From the NCBI GenBank assembly GCA_030537615.1, contig JAUNVP010000007.1, positions 52,227 to 116,226 of the forward strand: 64,000 bases of DNA. The letters run 5' to 3'. The stretch comes from Actinomycetaceae bacterium (GTDB lineage Bacteria; Actinomycetota; Actinomycetes; Actinomycetales; Actinomycetaceae). Below the pieces are notes generated by a model. It saw nothing but the letters and a program-made list of their open reading frames with translations. It was not told where the DNA came from and did not search any database. Positions 8,035 through 18,353 of the stretch are shown one piece after another (position 1 is the stretch's first letter; every line of letters begins with the position of its first letter). A program made the position numbers and the translations under genes.

Positions 8035-11016
8035 ATGTCCGGCGACGCAATTTCCCAGACCGCGTCCATTCAAATTGGTTTTGCCGACTTCGGCCGGACC
8101 GGCACGCTCATTAAGCAGCTTCTGTCTGCGTGCCAACTCGACACGCAACCCCGCGAAGCGATGTCTTGGTTTGAGTCCTCAGCAGATCCCGATGCCGCCC
8201 TCCTGACCGCGATTCGTTTGGCTGAAACGGACGCGGACTTGACTCGGCGAGTGTTGTCGAATGAGGAGAATCGGACGCGATTTATTGCGGTGAGCGGTGC
8301 TTCCGTTGCCCTCGCAACCTACCTCGAGTCCCATCCGAATCTTGCCGAATTCGACCTCCCACCGCTACCGCCACCGCGAGAAGCGTGGGGGAGCCGAGGG
8401 GAAGGCTGGGACGGCCAGTTTGATAGGGCTGAGCCCATGATTGCGTGGTTGCGTGCGCAGAGTGTTGATTCAACGGATTCTCTTCGCGCCGCATATTGGC
8501 GAGCTTTACTTCTTATCGCAGCCGAGGATGTCACGGCCTGCGATCGCGTTGCGCGAATGGATCTGCTGACCCGCCAGATCACCGATCTCGTCGATGCCAC
8601 CCTTCAGTTGGCCTACGAACTCGCCTGCGCAACTGTATCGAGGGCCGAAGCAGTAGAGTTCGCCGTCATCGCTATGGGGAAAACCGGGGGCCAAGAACTC
8701 AACTACATTTCCGATGTCGATGTCATCTACCTGATGAACAGCAGAGACGACTCTTTGCCCGACCTCGAATTGTCGGCGATCGCCTCTCAAATTGCCACTG
8801 CCATTGCACTTGCCTGCTCAGGGCCGGGAAATGAACCCCCGCTCTGGACGCTCGATGCTGGCTTACGTCCGGAAGGGCGCGATGGCGCCCTTGTCCGCAC
8901 TATCGAATCGTGTGCTACCTACTACCGGCAGTGGGCGAAAAACTGGGAGTTTCAAGCTCTGATGAAAGCACGACCGTGTGCCGGGGACGCCGCGCTGGGA
9001 GAACGTTTCCTCGCTCTCGTCGATCCGCTTGTATGGCGGGCTGCCACTGCTGATGGCTTCGTCGATAATGTGCGGGACATGCGACAGACCGTCGAGGCGA
9101 ATATCCCGTTGCGGCGGGCGAATCGAGAAATCAAACTTGGTCGCGGAGGATTACGGGACGTCGAATTCACTGTCCAGCTCCTTCAGCTTGTACACGGCAG
9201 AACTGATGAAACGCTACGCGTGCGCAATACCCTGTTGGCCATTGAGCTTCTCTCGGCGGGAGGATACATTGCGCGTACTGATGCGGTGGCTCTCGCCGAT
9301 TGCTATCGGTTCCTCAGAACAGTTGAACACCGCGCCCAGCTTTCACGGATGCGCCGAACCCATCTGATGCCAACCGCCGCGAGTGAACTTCGCAAACTGG
9401 CCCGAGCAATTGACCCGTCGGAATATCCGACGGCGGAAAGTTTGGAACGGCGCTGGCAGGAGATTCGCGACCGGGTGCGCAATCTTCACGAAGCAGTGTT
9501 CTATCGGCCTCTCGTGGAAGCTACTGCTCAACTGTCATCCGATCACATTCTGATGACTCAAGAATCGATCGTCGACCGATTGGCGGCATTCGGCTACCGA
9601 GATCCCGCGGGTGCCTTGCGACACGTGGAAGCGCTGACGCAAGGAACCACCCGACGAGCGACCATTCAACGACACCTTCTGCCAGTTATGCTCGGTTGGT
9701 TAGCAAACGGAGCCGATCCCGATATGGGACTCCTAAACTTTCGTCGACTCTCAGATGAGATCGGCTCATCACACTGGTATCTCGCGCTTTTGCGGGATTC
9801 AGCGGTGGCGGCGCGGCGTTTGTGTGACATTCTTCCTACCTCGACGTTCACCGTCGACGCCCTCATGGCCCAACCTGAATGTGTTAAGTGGCTTGATACC
9901 AACTCGATGCTTGCGCCGCGGGACTTTGCCGTCCTCAACAAAGAATGTGCCGCGCTACTCGATCGACATGAATTCGATGACCGCGCTATCGACCGGATTC
10001 GCTATGTCCGCAATCGAGAAGTGACGCGAGCGGCTATTGCTGATGTGACGCTCGGGCTGGATCCAGACCGAGCACAGACGATGCTGACGCCGGCAACCGA
10101 TGCGGCACTGCTTGGTGCCCTCGATATTGCGCTCGCCACTCACGCTGGAAGTGCAACGGGATTTTCCATGGCTATTGTCGCGATGGGGCGATATGGAGGG
10201 CGAGAGGCTTCCTACGGTTCCGATGCCGATATTATGTTCGTCCACGATCCCGGTTCGCTCAATGCAAGCGAAGCGCAAGAACTTGCCACAACGGTTGCCA
10301 AACACGTCGTTTCACTCCTCACGGGATACGGGACGACACCGAGTATCTCCGTCGATATTGACCTTCGCCCCGAGGGGAAAAACGGTCCGCTGTCACGTAC
10401 TCTGCGCGGCTACGTTGACTACTGGAATTCGTGGGCGGCGACGTGGGAAAAACAAGCTCTTCTTCGGGCTCGCCCGATCGGCGATACTCCGCTGGACCAG
10501 GCCTTTATCGAGGCCGCAGATACAGTTCGATACGCGGAGAGTTTTGACGCCACGATGCTCAAAGATATTCGTCTGCTCAAAGCACGAATGGAAAACGAAC
10601 GACTCCCGCGTGGTATCAAGCCCAGTCACCACGTCAAATTGGGCCCCGGCGGCCTCTCCGATGTCGAATGGCTCATTCAAGTTGAACAGATGCGACATGG
10701 TCACACTATTCCCGCAGCGCGCACAACCTCGACTCTTGTTGCGCTCGACGCCCTTGAAAACGCGGGTGTATTTTCGGCCCGAGAGGCACAGATCCTCCGA
10801 AATGCCTGGAACGTAGCGACAAACATCCGGGCGGGCAACGTATTGGCCACCGGCCGCACCCACGGTCTCGACATTTTGCCTCGCAATCAGCAAGTTGCTT
10901 CAATGGTGGCGGCGATTCTCGGCTACGATCCGAGAAAACCAACACTGTTGAGTGATGACTACCTTCGGCTGGCGCGTCATGCCCGACGCGTCTTTAGTGA
11001 ACGAATGAACATTTAA
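8035..11016 (+). CDS. glnE: bifunctional glutamine synthetase adenylyltransferase / adenylyl-removing enzyme
   Basis: 993 aa with two nucleotidyltransferase domains ('GKTGGQELNYISDVDVIY' and 'GRYGGREASYGSDADIMFV'). Confidence 0.9.
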   Translation: MSGDAISQTASIQIGFADFGRTGTLIKQLLSACQLDTQPREAMSWFESSADPDAALLTAIRLAETDADLTRRVLSNEENRTRFIAVSGASVALATYLESHPNLAEFDLPPLPPPREAWGSRGEGWDGQFDRAEPMIAWLRAQSVDSTDSLRAAYWRALLLIAAEDVTACDRVARMDLLTRQITDLVDATLQLAYELACATVSRAEAVEFAVIAMGKTGGQELNYISDVDVIYLMNSRDDSLPDLELSAIASQIATAIALACSGPGNEPPLWTLDAGLRPEGRDGALVRTIESCATYYRQWAKNWEFQALMKARPCAGDAALGERFLALVDPLVWRAATADGFVDNVRDMRQTVEANIPLRRANREIKLGRGGLRDVEFTVQLLQLVHGRTDETLRVRNTLLAIELLSAGGYIARTDAVALADCYRFLRTVEHRAQLSRMRRTHLMPTAASELRKLARAIDPSEYPTAESLERRWQEIRDRVRNLHEAVFYRPLVEATAQLSSDHILMTQESIVDRLAAFGYRDPAGALRHVEALTQGTTRRATIQRHLLPVMLGWLANGADPDMGLLNFRRLSDEIGSSHWYLALLRDSAVAARRLCDILPTSTFTVDALMAQPECVKWLDTNSMLAPRDFAVLNKECAALLDRHEFDDRAIDRIRYVRNREVTRAAIADVTLGLDPDRAQTMLTPATDAALLGALDIALATHAGSATGFSMAIVAMGRYGGREASYGSDADIMFVHDPGSLNASEAQELATTVAKHVVSLLTGYGTTPSISVDIDLRPEGKNGPLSRTLRGYVDYWNSWAATWEKQALLRARPIGDTPLDQAFIEAADTVRYAESFDATMLKDIRLLKARMENERLPRGIKPSHHVKLGPGGLSDVEWLIQVEQMRHGHTIPAARTTSTLVALDALENAGVFSAREAQILRNAWNVATNIRAGNVLATGRTHGLDILPRNQQVASMVAAILGYDPRKPTLLSDDYLRLARHARRVFSERMNI

Positions 11017-11024
11017 GGAGTACG

Positions 11025-11747
11025 ATGCGTCTCGTCCTTGTCAGGCACGGTCAGACACCGTCCAACATTATTCGAGCTCTTGATACGGCTAAGCCAGGAG
11101 CTGACCTCGATGAGGTCGGACGCGCACAGGTAGCTGACATGGCCGAGAATTTTGTGGGCAACGTCGGGGCGCCTCCGACCCATATCGTCGTTTCTCCGCT
11201 GGCTCGCACACGCCAAACTGCAGCGCCGTTGGAAGAGAAATTCGGTATTCGCGCGACGGTCGCCGAGGGCATACGTGAACTAATCGCTGGCGATCTGGAA
11301 ATGATGAATACCCGCGACGCTGTGCAAACCTACCTCGATACTGCGATGGCGTGGGTTCGCGGCGATCTTGATGTCACGATGCCAGGAGGTGAGGACGGGT
11401 GGCAAACCCGAGCGCGCTTCGGCTCGGTTATTTCCCACGTGTGTTCGCAAGCGTGGGAAGAGTGCGGTGACGACGCGGTGGTCGCACTGGTCGCGCACGG
11501 CGCCCTCTGCCGCGTTATCGCCACCGCGCTCAGCGAAGACATCTCCGTTGGCCTGGTTGCAACCTACCCGATGCACAATGCGTCAACCACCGTCTTGGAG
11601 TGGAAGGGCGGGGACAGACCGTGGATCGGGTCGGAGAAGAACTGGACAGCGCTGACGTGGGGCGGGGAGCCAATCGACGCGTATGATCCTGCCACCATGT
11701 CCGATGATCCAATTGTTTCGGGTCTGCGAGCTGAACCGGAGGCGTAA
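11025..11747 (+). CDS. histidine phosphatase (phosphoglycerate mutase-like) family protein
   Basis: N-terminal 'LVLVRHGQT' RHG motif. Confidence 0.75.
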   Translation: MRLVLVRHGQTPSNIIRALDTAKPGADLDEVGRAQVADMAENFVGNVGAPPTHIVVSPLARTRQTAAPLEEKFGIRATVAEGIRELIAGDLEMMNTRDAVQTYLDTAMAWVRGDLDVTMPGGEDGWQTRARFGSVISHVCSQAWEECGDDAVVALVAHGALCRVIATALSEDISVGLVATYPMHNASTTVLEWKGGDRPWIGSEKNWTALTWGGEPIDAYDPATMSDDPIVSGLRAEPEA

Positions 11748-11756
11748 GTCAGCCGC

Positions 11757-12533
11757 TTAGAGCACCTTCGAGAAGAAGTCGCGAGTCCGTGCATGCTGCG
11801 GATTTCCCATGACCTCGCTGGGGAGTCCCTGTTCGACGATCACACCCTCATCCATAAAGACGAGGTGATCGCCAACTTCGCGGGCAAACCCGGTTTCGTG
11901 GGTGACGACAATCATCGTCATTCCTTCGTTGGCGAGATCACGCATGACCGCGAGAACTTCTCCGACAAGCTCAGGATCCAGAGCAGAGGTTGGCTCGTCG
12001 AACAGCATGAGATCGGGTTCCATCGCCATGGCTCGGGCAATCGCCACGCGCTGTTGCTGCCCTCCCGAAAGCTGAGCCGGATAGTGTTCGGCGCGATCTG
12101 AGAGGCCAACTTTTTCGAGTAGAACGTGGGCCTGCTGGCGTGCGGAGGTCTTATCTATTCCCTTGACGTGCACCGGTGCTTCGATGACGTTTTCGAGCGC
12201 GGTCATATGAGGAAAGAGATTGAAACGCTGGAATACCATACCGATGCGAGCACGTTGGGCAGACACCTGCTTGTCACGTAGCTCGTGGAGAATGACACGG
12301 TCACCCTTGCGTTCTTCCCGCATTCCCATGAGTTCACCCTCGAGGTAAATGCGTCCCGCTGAAATCGTTTCGAGGCCATTAATACAGCGCAAAAGCGTCG
12401 ATTTACCCGAACCGGAGGGGCCGAGCAAAACACACACTTCGCCCGGGTTGACGGTCATGTCTACTCCGCGTAGGACGTGCAAGTCGCCGAAAAGCTTATG
12501 GACGCCCTCGATTGAGATCATTGGCTGTGTCAT
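11757..12533 (-). CDS. polar amino-acid ABC transporter ATP-binding protein
   Basis: Walker A 'GPSGSGKST', '[14 protein letters not shown]', Walker B '[12 protein letters not shown]'. GlnQ/HisP-like. Confidence 0.9.
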   Translation of the reverse strand: MTQPMISIEGVHKLFGDLHVLRGVDMTVNPGEVCVLLGPSGSGKSTLLRCINGLETISAGRIYLEGELMGMREERKGDRVILHELRDKQVSAQRARIGMVFQRFNLFPHMTALENVIEAPVHVKGIDKTSARQQAHVLLEKVGLSDRAEHYPAQLSGGQQQRVAIARAMAMEPDLMLFDEPTSALDPELVGEVLAVMRDLANEGMTMIVVTHETGFAREVGDHLVFMDEGVIVEQGLPSEVMGNPQHARTRDFFSKVL

Positions 12534-13489
12534 GGTGTTACATCCAGGAAAGGGTCATCGTGAACGGTATTAGCGGAGAGGATAGCCTGCTGACGCTCAG
12601 AAAGCGAACGCTTGGACTTGCCCTTTCCAGTAGCTTTCGGGCTGTCTCCGGCAAATCCACGGCCGAAGTACCGTTCGAGGTACATTTGCCCGACCATGAG
12701 GATTGAGGTGATGACGAGATACCAAATGGCAGCGTCAAGCAGAAGCGGTACGGGGGCAAACAGCTGCTGTCCTTTATCCTTTGCCGCAAACGTTAGCTCA
12801 AGAATGAAGGGAATCGCCGCCACGAGAGAGGTGGTCTTGAGCATGGAAATTGTCTCATTGCCGAGTGGCGGAATAATGACCCTCATGGCCTGGGGGAGGA
12901 CGATTCGGCGCATGATCTTGCCGCGCCCCATGCCCAGTGCTGTTGCGGCTTCCCACTGTCCCTTATCGACCGAGTTGAGCCCGGAGCGGATAATCTCTGA
13001 CAGGTAGGCGCCTTCGTTTAGCGACAGGCCGACGATTGCCATCCAAAACGGGGTGAAGTATTCGGCAGTCGTGAACTTCACGAACTCGGGGCCAAACGGA
13101 ATACCGATGGAAAGCTGAGGGTAGAGGGTGGGGAGAAGTGACCAGAAAATAAGCTGGGTGTAGATCGGGGTTCCGCGGAAGAACCAAATATAGAACCACG
13201 CGACTCCGCCAAGAATGGGATTAGGGGACTGGCGCATGACGGCCATGGTGATGGCAAGGATAGTTCCGATCAGCATGGCTCCGACGGTCAAAATGAGAGT
13301 AAACGCCACCCCGACCATAATCGTTTTGGAAAACAGCCACTGCCACACGACGGGCCACTGGAAGTTCTCATTGGTGATGAGAGAGTTGAGAGCCATTGCC
13401 GCAAGTACGGCAACGATCGCGGCCGATGCCCAGCGCCCCGGCCGGGGGACCGGCCGGGGCTGAATCAGTTCAATACCGGACGTACTCAT
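12530..13489 (-). CDS. amino-acid ABC transporter permease
   Basis: Multi-TM protein with an EAA-like loop. Overlaps the ATPase start by 4 nt. Confidence 0.85.
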   Translation of the reverse strand: MSTSGIELIQPRPVPRPGRWASAAIVAVLAAMALNSLITNENFQWPVVWQWLFSKTIMVGVAFTLILTVGAMLIGTILAITMAVMRQSPNPILGGVAWFYIWFFRGTPIYTQLIFWSLLPTLYPQLSIGIPFGPEFVKFTTAEYFTPFWMAIVGLSLNEGAYLSEIIRSGLNSVDKGQWEAATALGMGRGKIMRRIVLPQAMRVIIPPLGNETISMLKTTSLVAAIPFILELTFAAKDKGQQLFAPVPLLLDAAIWYLVITSILMVGQMYLERYFGRGFAGDSPKATGKGKSKRSLSERQQAILSANTVHDDPFLDVTP

Positions 13490-13492
13490 CGA

Positions 13493-14422
13493 CTACTGTC
13501 CAGGATTGACTTCAGAAGTCGACAGGGCGGCTGAGTCAGCGCCGTAGATAGCGAGGATCTCCTTCAAGATTCCTTCGTCCATGAGGTACTGCATTGCCTT
13601 GTGAACAGCTTCAGTCAGTTCGGTGTCAGCCTTATTGATGGCAATGCCCTGCGGCTCGGACTCGATGACGTCGCCGGCTTGCTCAAGCTCATCGGACTTC
13701 TTGGAGATGGCGTATCCGGTAACAGTCGAGTCGGATAGAACCGCATCGTATTGGCCGCCAATCAGCTTGGTTACGGAATCAGTGTTGAGATCGTGCGGCA
13801 TGACGGTAATCTTCTCTTTACCATCGGCAACGCATTTCTCCGACAGCTCATTGGCGTAGTCGTGCTGGTAGGTGCCAGTTTGAACACCAATGGTCGTACC
13901 GCACGGATCGTCGGGATTGAACTCGTTCGGATTTCCCTTCTTGACCGCGTAGGACGAGCCAACTTCGACGTAGGAAACCATATTCACCTGGTCGAGACGT
14001 TCAGCAGTAATCGTGAATGAGGAAGCGCCGATATCGAATTTCGACCCGAGCGAAGGGATGATCGTCGGGAACTCAGCATGCTGAGTTTCGCCTTCCTCAA
14101 GACCCATGACTTTAGCGAGAGCCTTGACGATCTCAATGTCGTATCCGACGGGCGTATGCCCATCAGCGGCCCGGAATTCGGCAGGAGCATAGTCAGTGGA
14201 TGCTCCGTTGCGCAGGACACCGCGGTCTTTCACTTCCTGCGGAACGAGGTTAGCAATTTCTTCAACCGTTTCGATTCCGCTGGTGTCGTAACCAGCGACG
14301 ACCTCTTCATTCGAGGCATTCGTATCGTCTGCGTTTTGCGGGGCGGGTTCAGGATCGGAGCACGCTGCCAGCGAGAGCGTGGCGAGTGCTGCGATAGCAG
14401 CGAGTGCGACGGGCTTTTTCAT
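13493..14422 (-). CDS. amino-acid ABC transporter substrate-binding lipoprotein
   Basis: Start trimmed to the internal 'MKKPVALAAIAALATLSLAACSD' lipobox signal. Family-3 SBP-like body. Confidence 0.8.
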   Translation of the reverse strand: MKKPVALAAIAALATLSLAACSDPEPAPQNADDTNASNEEVVAGYDTSGIETVEEIANLVPQEVKDRGVLRNGASTDYAPAEFRAADGHTPVGYDIEIVKALAKVMGLEEGETQHAEFPTIIPSLGSKFDIGASSFTITAERLDQVNMVSYVEVGSSYAVKKGNPNEFNPDDPCGTTIGVQTGTYQHDYANELSEKCVADGKEKITVMPHDLNTDSVTKLIGGQYDAVLSDSTVTGYAISKKSDELEQAGDVIESEPQGIAINKADTELTEAVHKAMQYLMDEGILKEILAIYGADSAALSTSEVNPGQ

Positions 14423-14570
14423 GATGGAATCCTTCCATGCGATCAACGTGAAACCAGTATGCAACGCGAATGAATGATTATGCAAATAGATGAATGAATA
14501 TGTGGTGTGATCTTGTCCGCATTCCCTGATTTCCTCGAATTCCTGCAGTTTGCCCAGTGAATAAACTAAT

Positions 14571-14597
14571 CCCCTCGTCCGTCAGGTGGACGAGGGG
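14571..14597 (-). terminator. intrinsic terminator for the DUF4191 gene
   Basis: cccctcgtcc / ggacgagggg stem with a 7-nt loop, followed on the minus strand by a T-rich run. Confidence 0.55.
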
Positions 14598-14612
14598 ATA
14601 GAAAGAGAGGTT

Positions 14613-15323
14613 TTAGCGACCGCGGAGGGCGCGACGAGAAATCTTTGCCCGCGACGGATCAATTCCCTTTGGAATGGGAGCGGCTTGCTTCGCCGCCAAT
14701 GCTTGCAGGCGATTAACGACCAGTGGTACTTCGTTACTGCGCAAAGTCTTTGGGAGTTTGCGGAGCGCTTTTTCGAGATCCTCAAGCCGGATTTGCCCGT
14801 CGTCTTGTCCGACATGGAGTACGTGAACAGGAACGTTCGTAACGACGCGTTGCGCCAGTTTGCGTTCTTTATTCACCAAGTCTTTGACTCGGTTCGTCGG
14901 CCCTTCGGTAATGAGGACGACACCGGGCCGCCCGATCAATCGCCACACGAGATCGCGATGAGTATTGGCCGCAATCGGCTGTTCTTCAACGGTCCAGCCG
15001 CGCTTAATCTGTGATACCACGCCATAGACCGCACCCATGGTGCCTTCGATTTGGCGATACATCGCCTTTTTGACCAGGGCTGCGAGGATGATCATCGGAA
15101 TGAGTGCAGCTGTCGAAATGCTTAAGATCACCAAGAAAATGATGTTCATCTTGACCCATAGGCCAAGACCAACGACGAGTGCCGTTCCAAGGACAGTGGC
15201 GGCTAGGAGGATCCATCCGATAGCCGGGTAGGAGCGCTTAGTAATCCGGTAAGCGTCCGCAAAGTTGTGATACCACCGACGCTTAGCGGGGGCTTTCTTC
15301 TCAGATTTGTCTTTTTTAGCCAT
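14613..15323 (-). CDS. DUF4191-like membrane protein
   Basis: Lys-rich N-terminus 'MAKKDKSEKKAPAKRRWYHNFADAY' followed by two TM helices. Resembles a conserved actinobacterial hypothetical. Confidence 0.5.
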   Translation of the reverse strand: MAKKDKSEKKAPAKRRWYHNFADAYRITKRSYPAIGWILLAATVLGTALVVGLGLWVKMNIIFLVILSISTAALIPMIILAALVKKAMYRQIEGTMGAVYGVVSQIKRGWTVEEQPIAANTHRDLVWRLIGRPGVVLITEGPTNRVKDLVNKERKLAQRVVTNVPVHVLHVGQDDGQIRLEDLEKALRKLPKTLRSNEVPLVVNRLQALAAKQAAPIPKGIDPSRAKISRRALRGR

Positions 15324-15335
15324 GATGTGTCCAGA

Positions 15336-16649
15336 CTACCTGTTTTCATTACGGGAACGTAAAGTCAATCCTAGTCCAACTGCGGCCACGACCGATGCTG
15401 CCAGCGCGGTGGTTGCAAAGGCGGGGGTATCTCCGTAGTTCTGGGAAATCCAACCATTGACCCCGGCACCAAGTGAGACGCCGATGGTGACGGCTGACTG
15501 CATCGAGGTCATGGCGATAGCAATTCCGCGTTTGGGTGCAAGCGCTTCAGTGATGGAAAACGCCGTAACCATCGAGGGGCCGATGAACAACCCGCATGCC
15601 GTCAAAGTCATGGCGGTAAGCCACAGGTTCGGCATCGGTATGGTTAAAGCCATGACAATCGACATTCCGGCGCCTCCGACGAGTAGCCGAGTTGGTAGAG
15701 AAATTCGCTCGGGAATCGTGACGGTGAGGATCGCCATGACAGCTGAGCCAAGTCCCATAGCCGCATACACCAATCCTGCGGTTGTTGGGACACCGGCTAT
15801 CTCGGCTCGCGCTGTGACGGCTGTTTGGGCCGCGCCGAAGTAGGTGCCAATCGCCATCATGGTGATAATCGTCGGTGCCACCGACCTCAGGACGGCAAAA
15901 ACGTGCGGGCCTTCGGTCTTGGATTCCCTATCTGCTTTCGTGGACTTCGGTGCATCGAGCGCGAAAAGCACACCCGCAGTTGCGACGAGCACAAAAGCCA
16001 GGCCGAGGGGGGCCGAGGGCGCAGCGGCAGATGCGGCCATTCCCACCAGGGCCGGACCGAGTACAAAGACCAGTTCATCGGCCATCGACTCGTACGACAG
16101 TGCCGCATTGAGTTCGCGCGGAATCGAGGTCTGAGCGATCCAGCGCGACCTCATGAATGAGCCAATCGGTATCGAGGTGACACCAACCAACATGCATACC
16201 AGGTAGAGCGGAAGACCAGAGAGACCAGAATGGGCGGAGAAAAATAGGCCGAGCAGAGCCAAGGCATTGATTGGGGTGAGGATTTTTAAGGGAATATCCT
16301 GGCCCGATGAGTCTGCCCACTTGCCAATCAGCGGGCCGACAATAGCGGTCGATAGTGCGACGGCAGCCGTAGCAAAACCGCCCTCAGCAATCGAACCTGT
16401 CGAGGCTGATACGGCAGTGATCGTACCCAGAGGAATCATGGCGTACGGGGCGCGTGCTGCAAAGGCGACAATCAGCGCCTTCCAGCCGGCAATGCGCGGC
16501 AAAACGCGATAGTGCGTCAGCGCGCGAAAAGGTGAGGTCTGCATTTTCGTTGCTTCCCAAGAGACGTACCCATCAGGGTCTCCATCGTTCCAACCGGCCG
16601 GTGAGAAGATTCCGGCACTCGCAACCAGGTTGCGGGGTTCATACCTCAT
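15336..16649 (-). CDS. MFS transporter
   Basis: 437 aa with ~12 predicted TM helices and the loop motifs typical of the major facilitator superfamily. Confidence 0.75.
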   Translation of the reverse strand: MRYEPRNLVASAGIFSPAGWNDGDPDGYVSWEATKMQTSPFRALTHYRVLPRIAGWKALIVAFAARAPYAMIPLGTITAVSASTGSIAEGGFATAAVALSTAIVGPLIGKWADSSGQDIPLKILTPINALALLGLFFSAHSGLSGLPLYLVCMLVGVTSIPIGSFMRSRWIAQTSIPRELNAALSYESMADELVFVLGPALVGMAASAAAPSAPLGLAFVLVATAGVLFALDAPKSTKADRESKTEGPHVFAVLRSVAPTIITMMAIGTYFGAAQTAVTARAEIAGVPTTAGLVYAAMGLGSAVMAILTVTIPERISLPTRLLVGGAGMSIVMALTIPMPNLWLTAMTLTACGLFIGPSMVTAFSITEALAPKRGIAIAMTSMQSAVTIGVSLGAGVNGWISQNYGDTPAFATTALAASVVAAVGLGLTLRSRNENR

Positions 16650-16733
16650 GAAGAGCAGATAGGTGGCCCACCATTACGTGTAAGCATTACTTACTGTACA
16701 CGGGGTGAGGGGTGGTCCTCTACAGGCACTATT

Positions 16734-18236
16734 GTGAGATCGCAGACCATGTTATCCACAGGTTGTCGGTCATCGGTGGCGCTGTCGTCAAGCGAGTGTT
16801 TGAGTAAAGACATGGGCGCAAGAGAGTATCAGATCACCGAACCGTTGACCATGACGGCCAATGGTCCACTGTGGCGCGGTCTGAACCGTGAGGGACAACC
16901 GTGTCTCGTGCGTTTTATCTCTCGGGCAGACCGGGAGAGATACCGCGAGCGGCTCCAAACACTACTATCGATACGCAGTGATTTCGTCATGCAAGTGAAT
17001 GACATTATCGAGGACGGTAACCGGGTTGCGCTGATTTGCGAAGAATTGGATGGGATTGCGCTGTCGCATGTGCAAGCTCAAGCCAGTGCACTGACAATCC
17101 GAAAAGCCGAGCGCATTATGCTCGATATAGCTCGCGGTCTTGAAGCTATGCACGCACACGGGATCGCCCACGGGGACGTATCTGCAGCAAATATCATCGT
17201 TGGAGATCGAGCCACGCTCGTCGACCTCATCGACAGTGGCGACGGCACCGATCCGTACCGCGCGCCCGAGCGGTTGGCGAACCACCAGCTCAGCGTCGAA
17301 GATATGTGCCGGTGTGACGTGTGGGCGTGGGGATATATCGCCCACGAACTCGGTGTATCACTACCTCTGGCTGATCGAGCATTGGCGAATGACCCAATGG
17401 TTCGGCCAACGATGAGCGAAATCATCGCTAGCTTTGACGGGCGTGATCATGGTGAAATGCCACCATCCGACAACGTGGGCGACGCAGCTCGTGCTGATCG
17501 GCTGTTGCGCTTGGAAGCAGATCGAGAACGGACTCATCACCAGCGCGCGCCCGGACGTCATCGCAGGAGTAAACGACAGTCTTCACGCTCGTTGTTTCTA
17601 GCGCTTGTTCTGATGGTTGGAATTGGGACTGCGGGTCTGCTGAAAGTGCTCCCGATTACCGGTCCAAGTTTCGTCGGAGTTCGTGCAGATGCCGACACGG
17701 ATCGTTCGACAGCGGTCAGCCTCACAGAGTCGGATGCCGCTCACTATGCATCACATCCCGAGGCTCCCCATGACCCGAACGATGATCGAACGGAGGAGAC
17801 TATTTCTAGACGGTCGCTACCGGCAACTGAGGAAACACCTCCAACGTGTCCGACAGATACGGATGCAACCACTATTCTCGCTGACCTGTCCGCCCGTCGA
17901 GCACAAGCAATCACGCAGCAGGACGAAAAATCGCTGGACACGATTTTCAGTGCCGAATCTGCGGCACTCGTGGTCGATACCCAACTGGTCCAATCACTGC
18001 GTGAACACGGCATTGAAATCCGCGGTCTACGTAGCTCGATTTCCGATGTCAGTGTTGTCGATTGCGCCGATATCGTCACGGTAATCGCCACCGTGACTCG
18101 ACAAGCCTACACGCGTTGCCATACCGGCGTATGCGAGGAGGTCGACGCCTCACAGCCTCGTACAATGGAGTTCAAATTCAGTGGGCCACCATGGCGAGTG
18201 GTTTCCATTTCTACTACGGGAATGACACAGGAATAA
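16734..18236 (+). CDS. membrane-anchored protein-kinase-like protein (possible pseudokinase) with an extracytoplasmic C-terminal domain
   Basis: Kinase-fold landmarks are present ('HAHGIAHGDVSAANIIV', 'YRAPERL', 'DVWAWGYIAHEL'), but the beta3 Lys is Arg ('LVRF') and the catalytic-loop Lys is Ser. A Pro/Arg-rich linker, one TM ('LFLALVLMVGIGTAGLL') and a ~190 aa C-terminal domain follow. True start is probably the internal M (MGAREYQ...). Confidence 0.55.
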   Translation: MRSQTMLSTGCRSSVALSSSECLSKDMGAREYQITEPLTMTANGPLWRGLNREGQPCLVRFISRADRERYRERLQTLLSIRSDFVMQVNDIIEDGNRVALICEELDGIALSHVQAQASALTIRKAERIMLDIARGLEAMHAHGIAHGDVSAANIIVGDRATLVDLIDSGDGTDPYRAPERLANHQLSVEDMCRCDVWAWGYIAHELGVSLPLADRALANDPMVRPTMSEIIASFDGRDHGEMPPSDNVGDAARADRLLRLEADRERTHHQRAPGRHRRSKRQSSRSLFLALVLMVGIGTAGLLKVLPITGPSFVGVRADADTDRSTAVSLTESDAAHYASHPEAPHDPNDDRTEETISRRSLPATEETPPTCPTDTDATTILADLSARRAQAITQQDEKSLDTIFSAESAALVVDTQLVQSLREHGIEIRGLRSSISDVSVVDCADIVTVIATVTRQAYTRCHTGVCEEVDASQPRTMEFKFSGPPWRVVSISTTGMTQE

Positions 18237-18284
18237 GCAATTATTCACGCGGCTGATTCGCATTCCTGAGTACCACGGGACATA

Positions 18285-18320
18285 ACACGGCGGGGGCCGC
18301 TTTCGCGACCCCCGCCGTGT
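18285..18320. terminator. bidirectional terminator between convergent kinase-like and E2 genes
   Basis: 12-bp perfect stem acacggcggggg / cccccgccgtgt. Confidence 0.6.
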
Positions 18321-18353
18321 GCTACAGGAGATAACGGGTGTTACCCGTGGACA

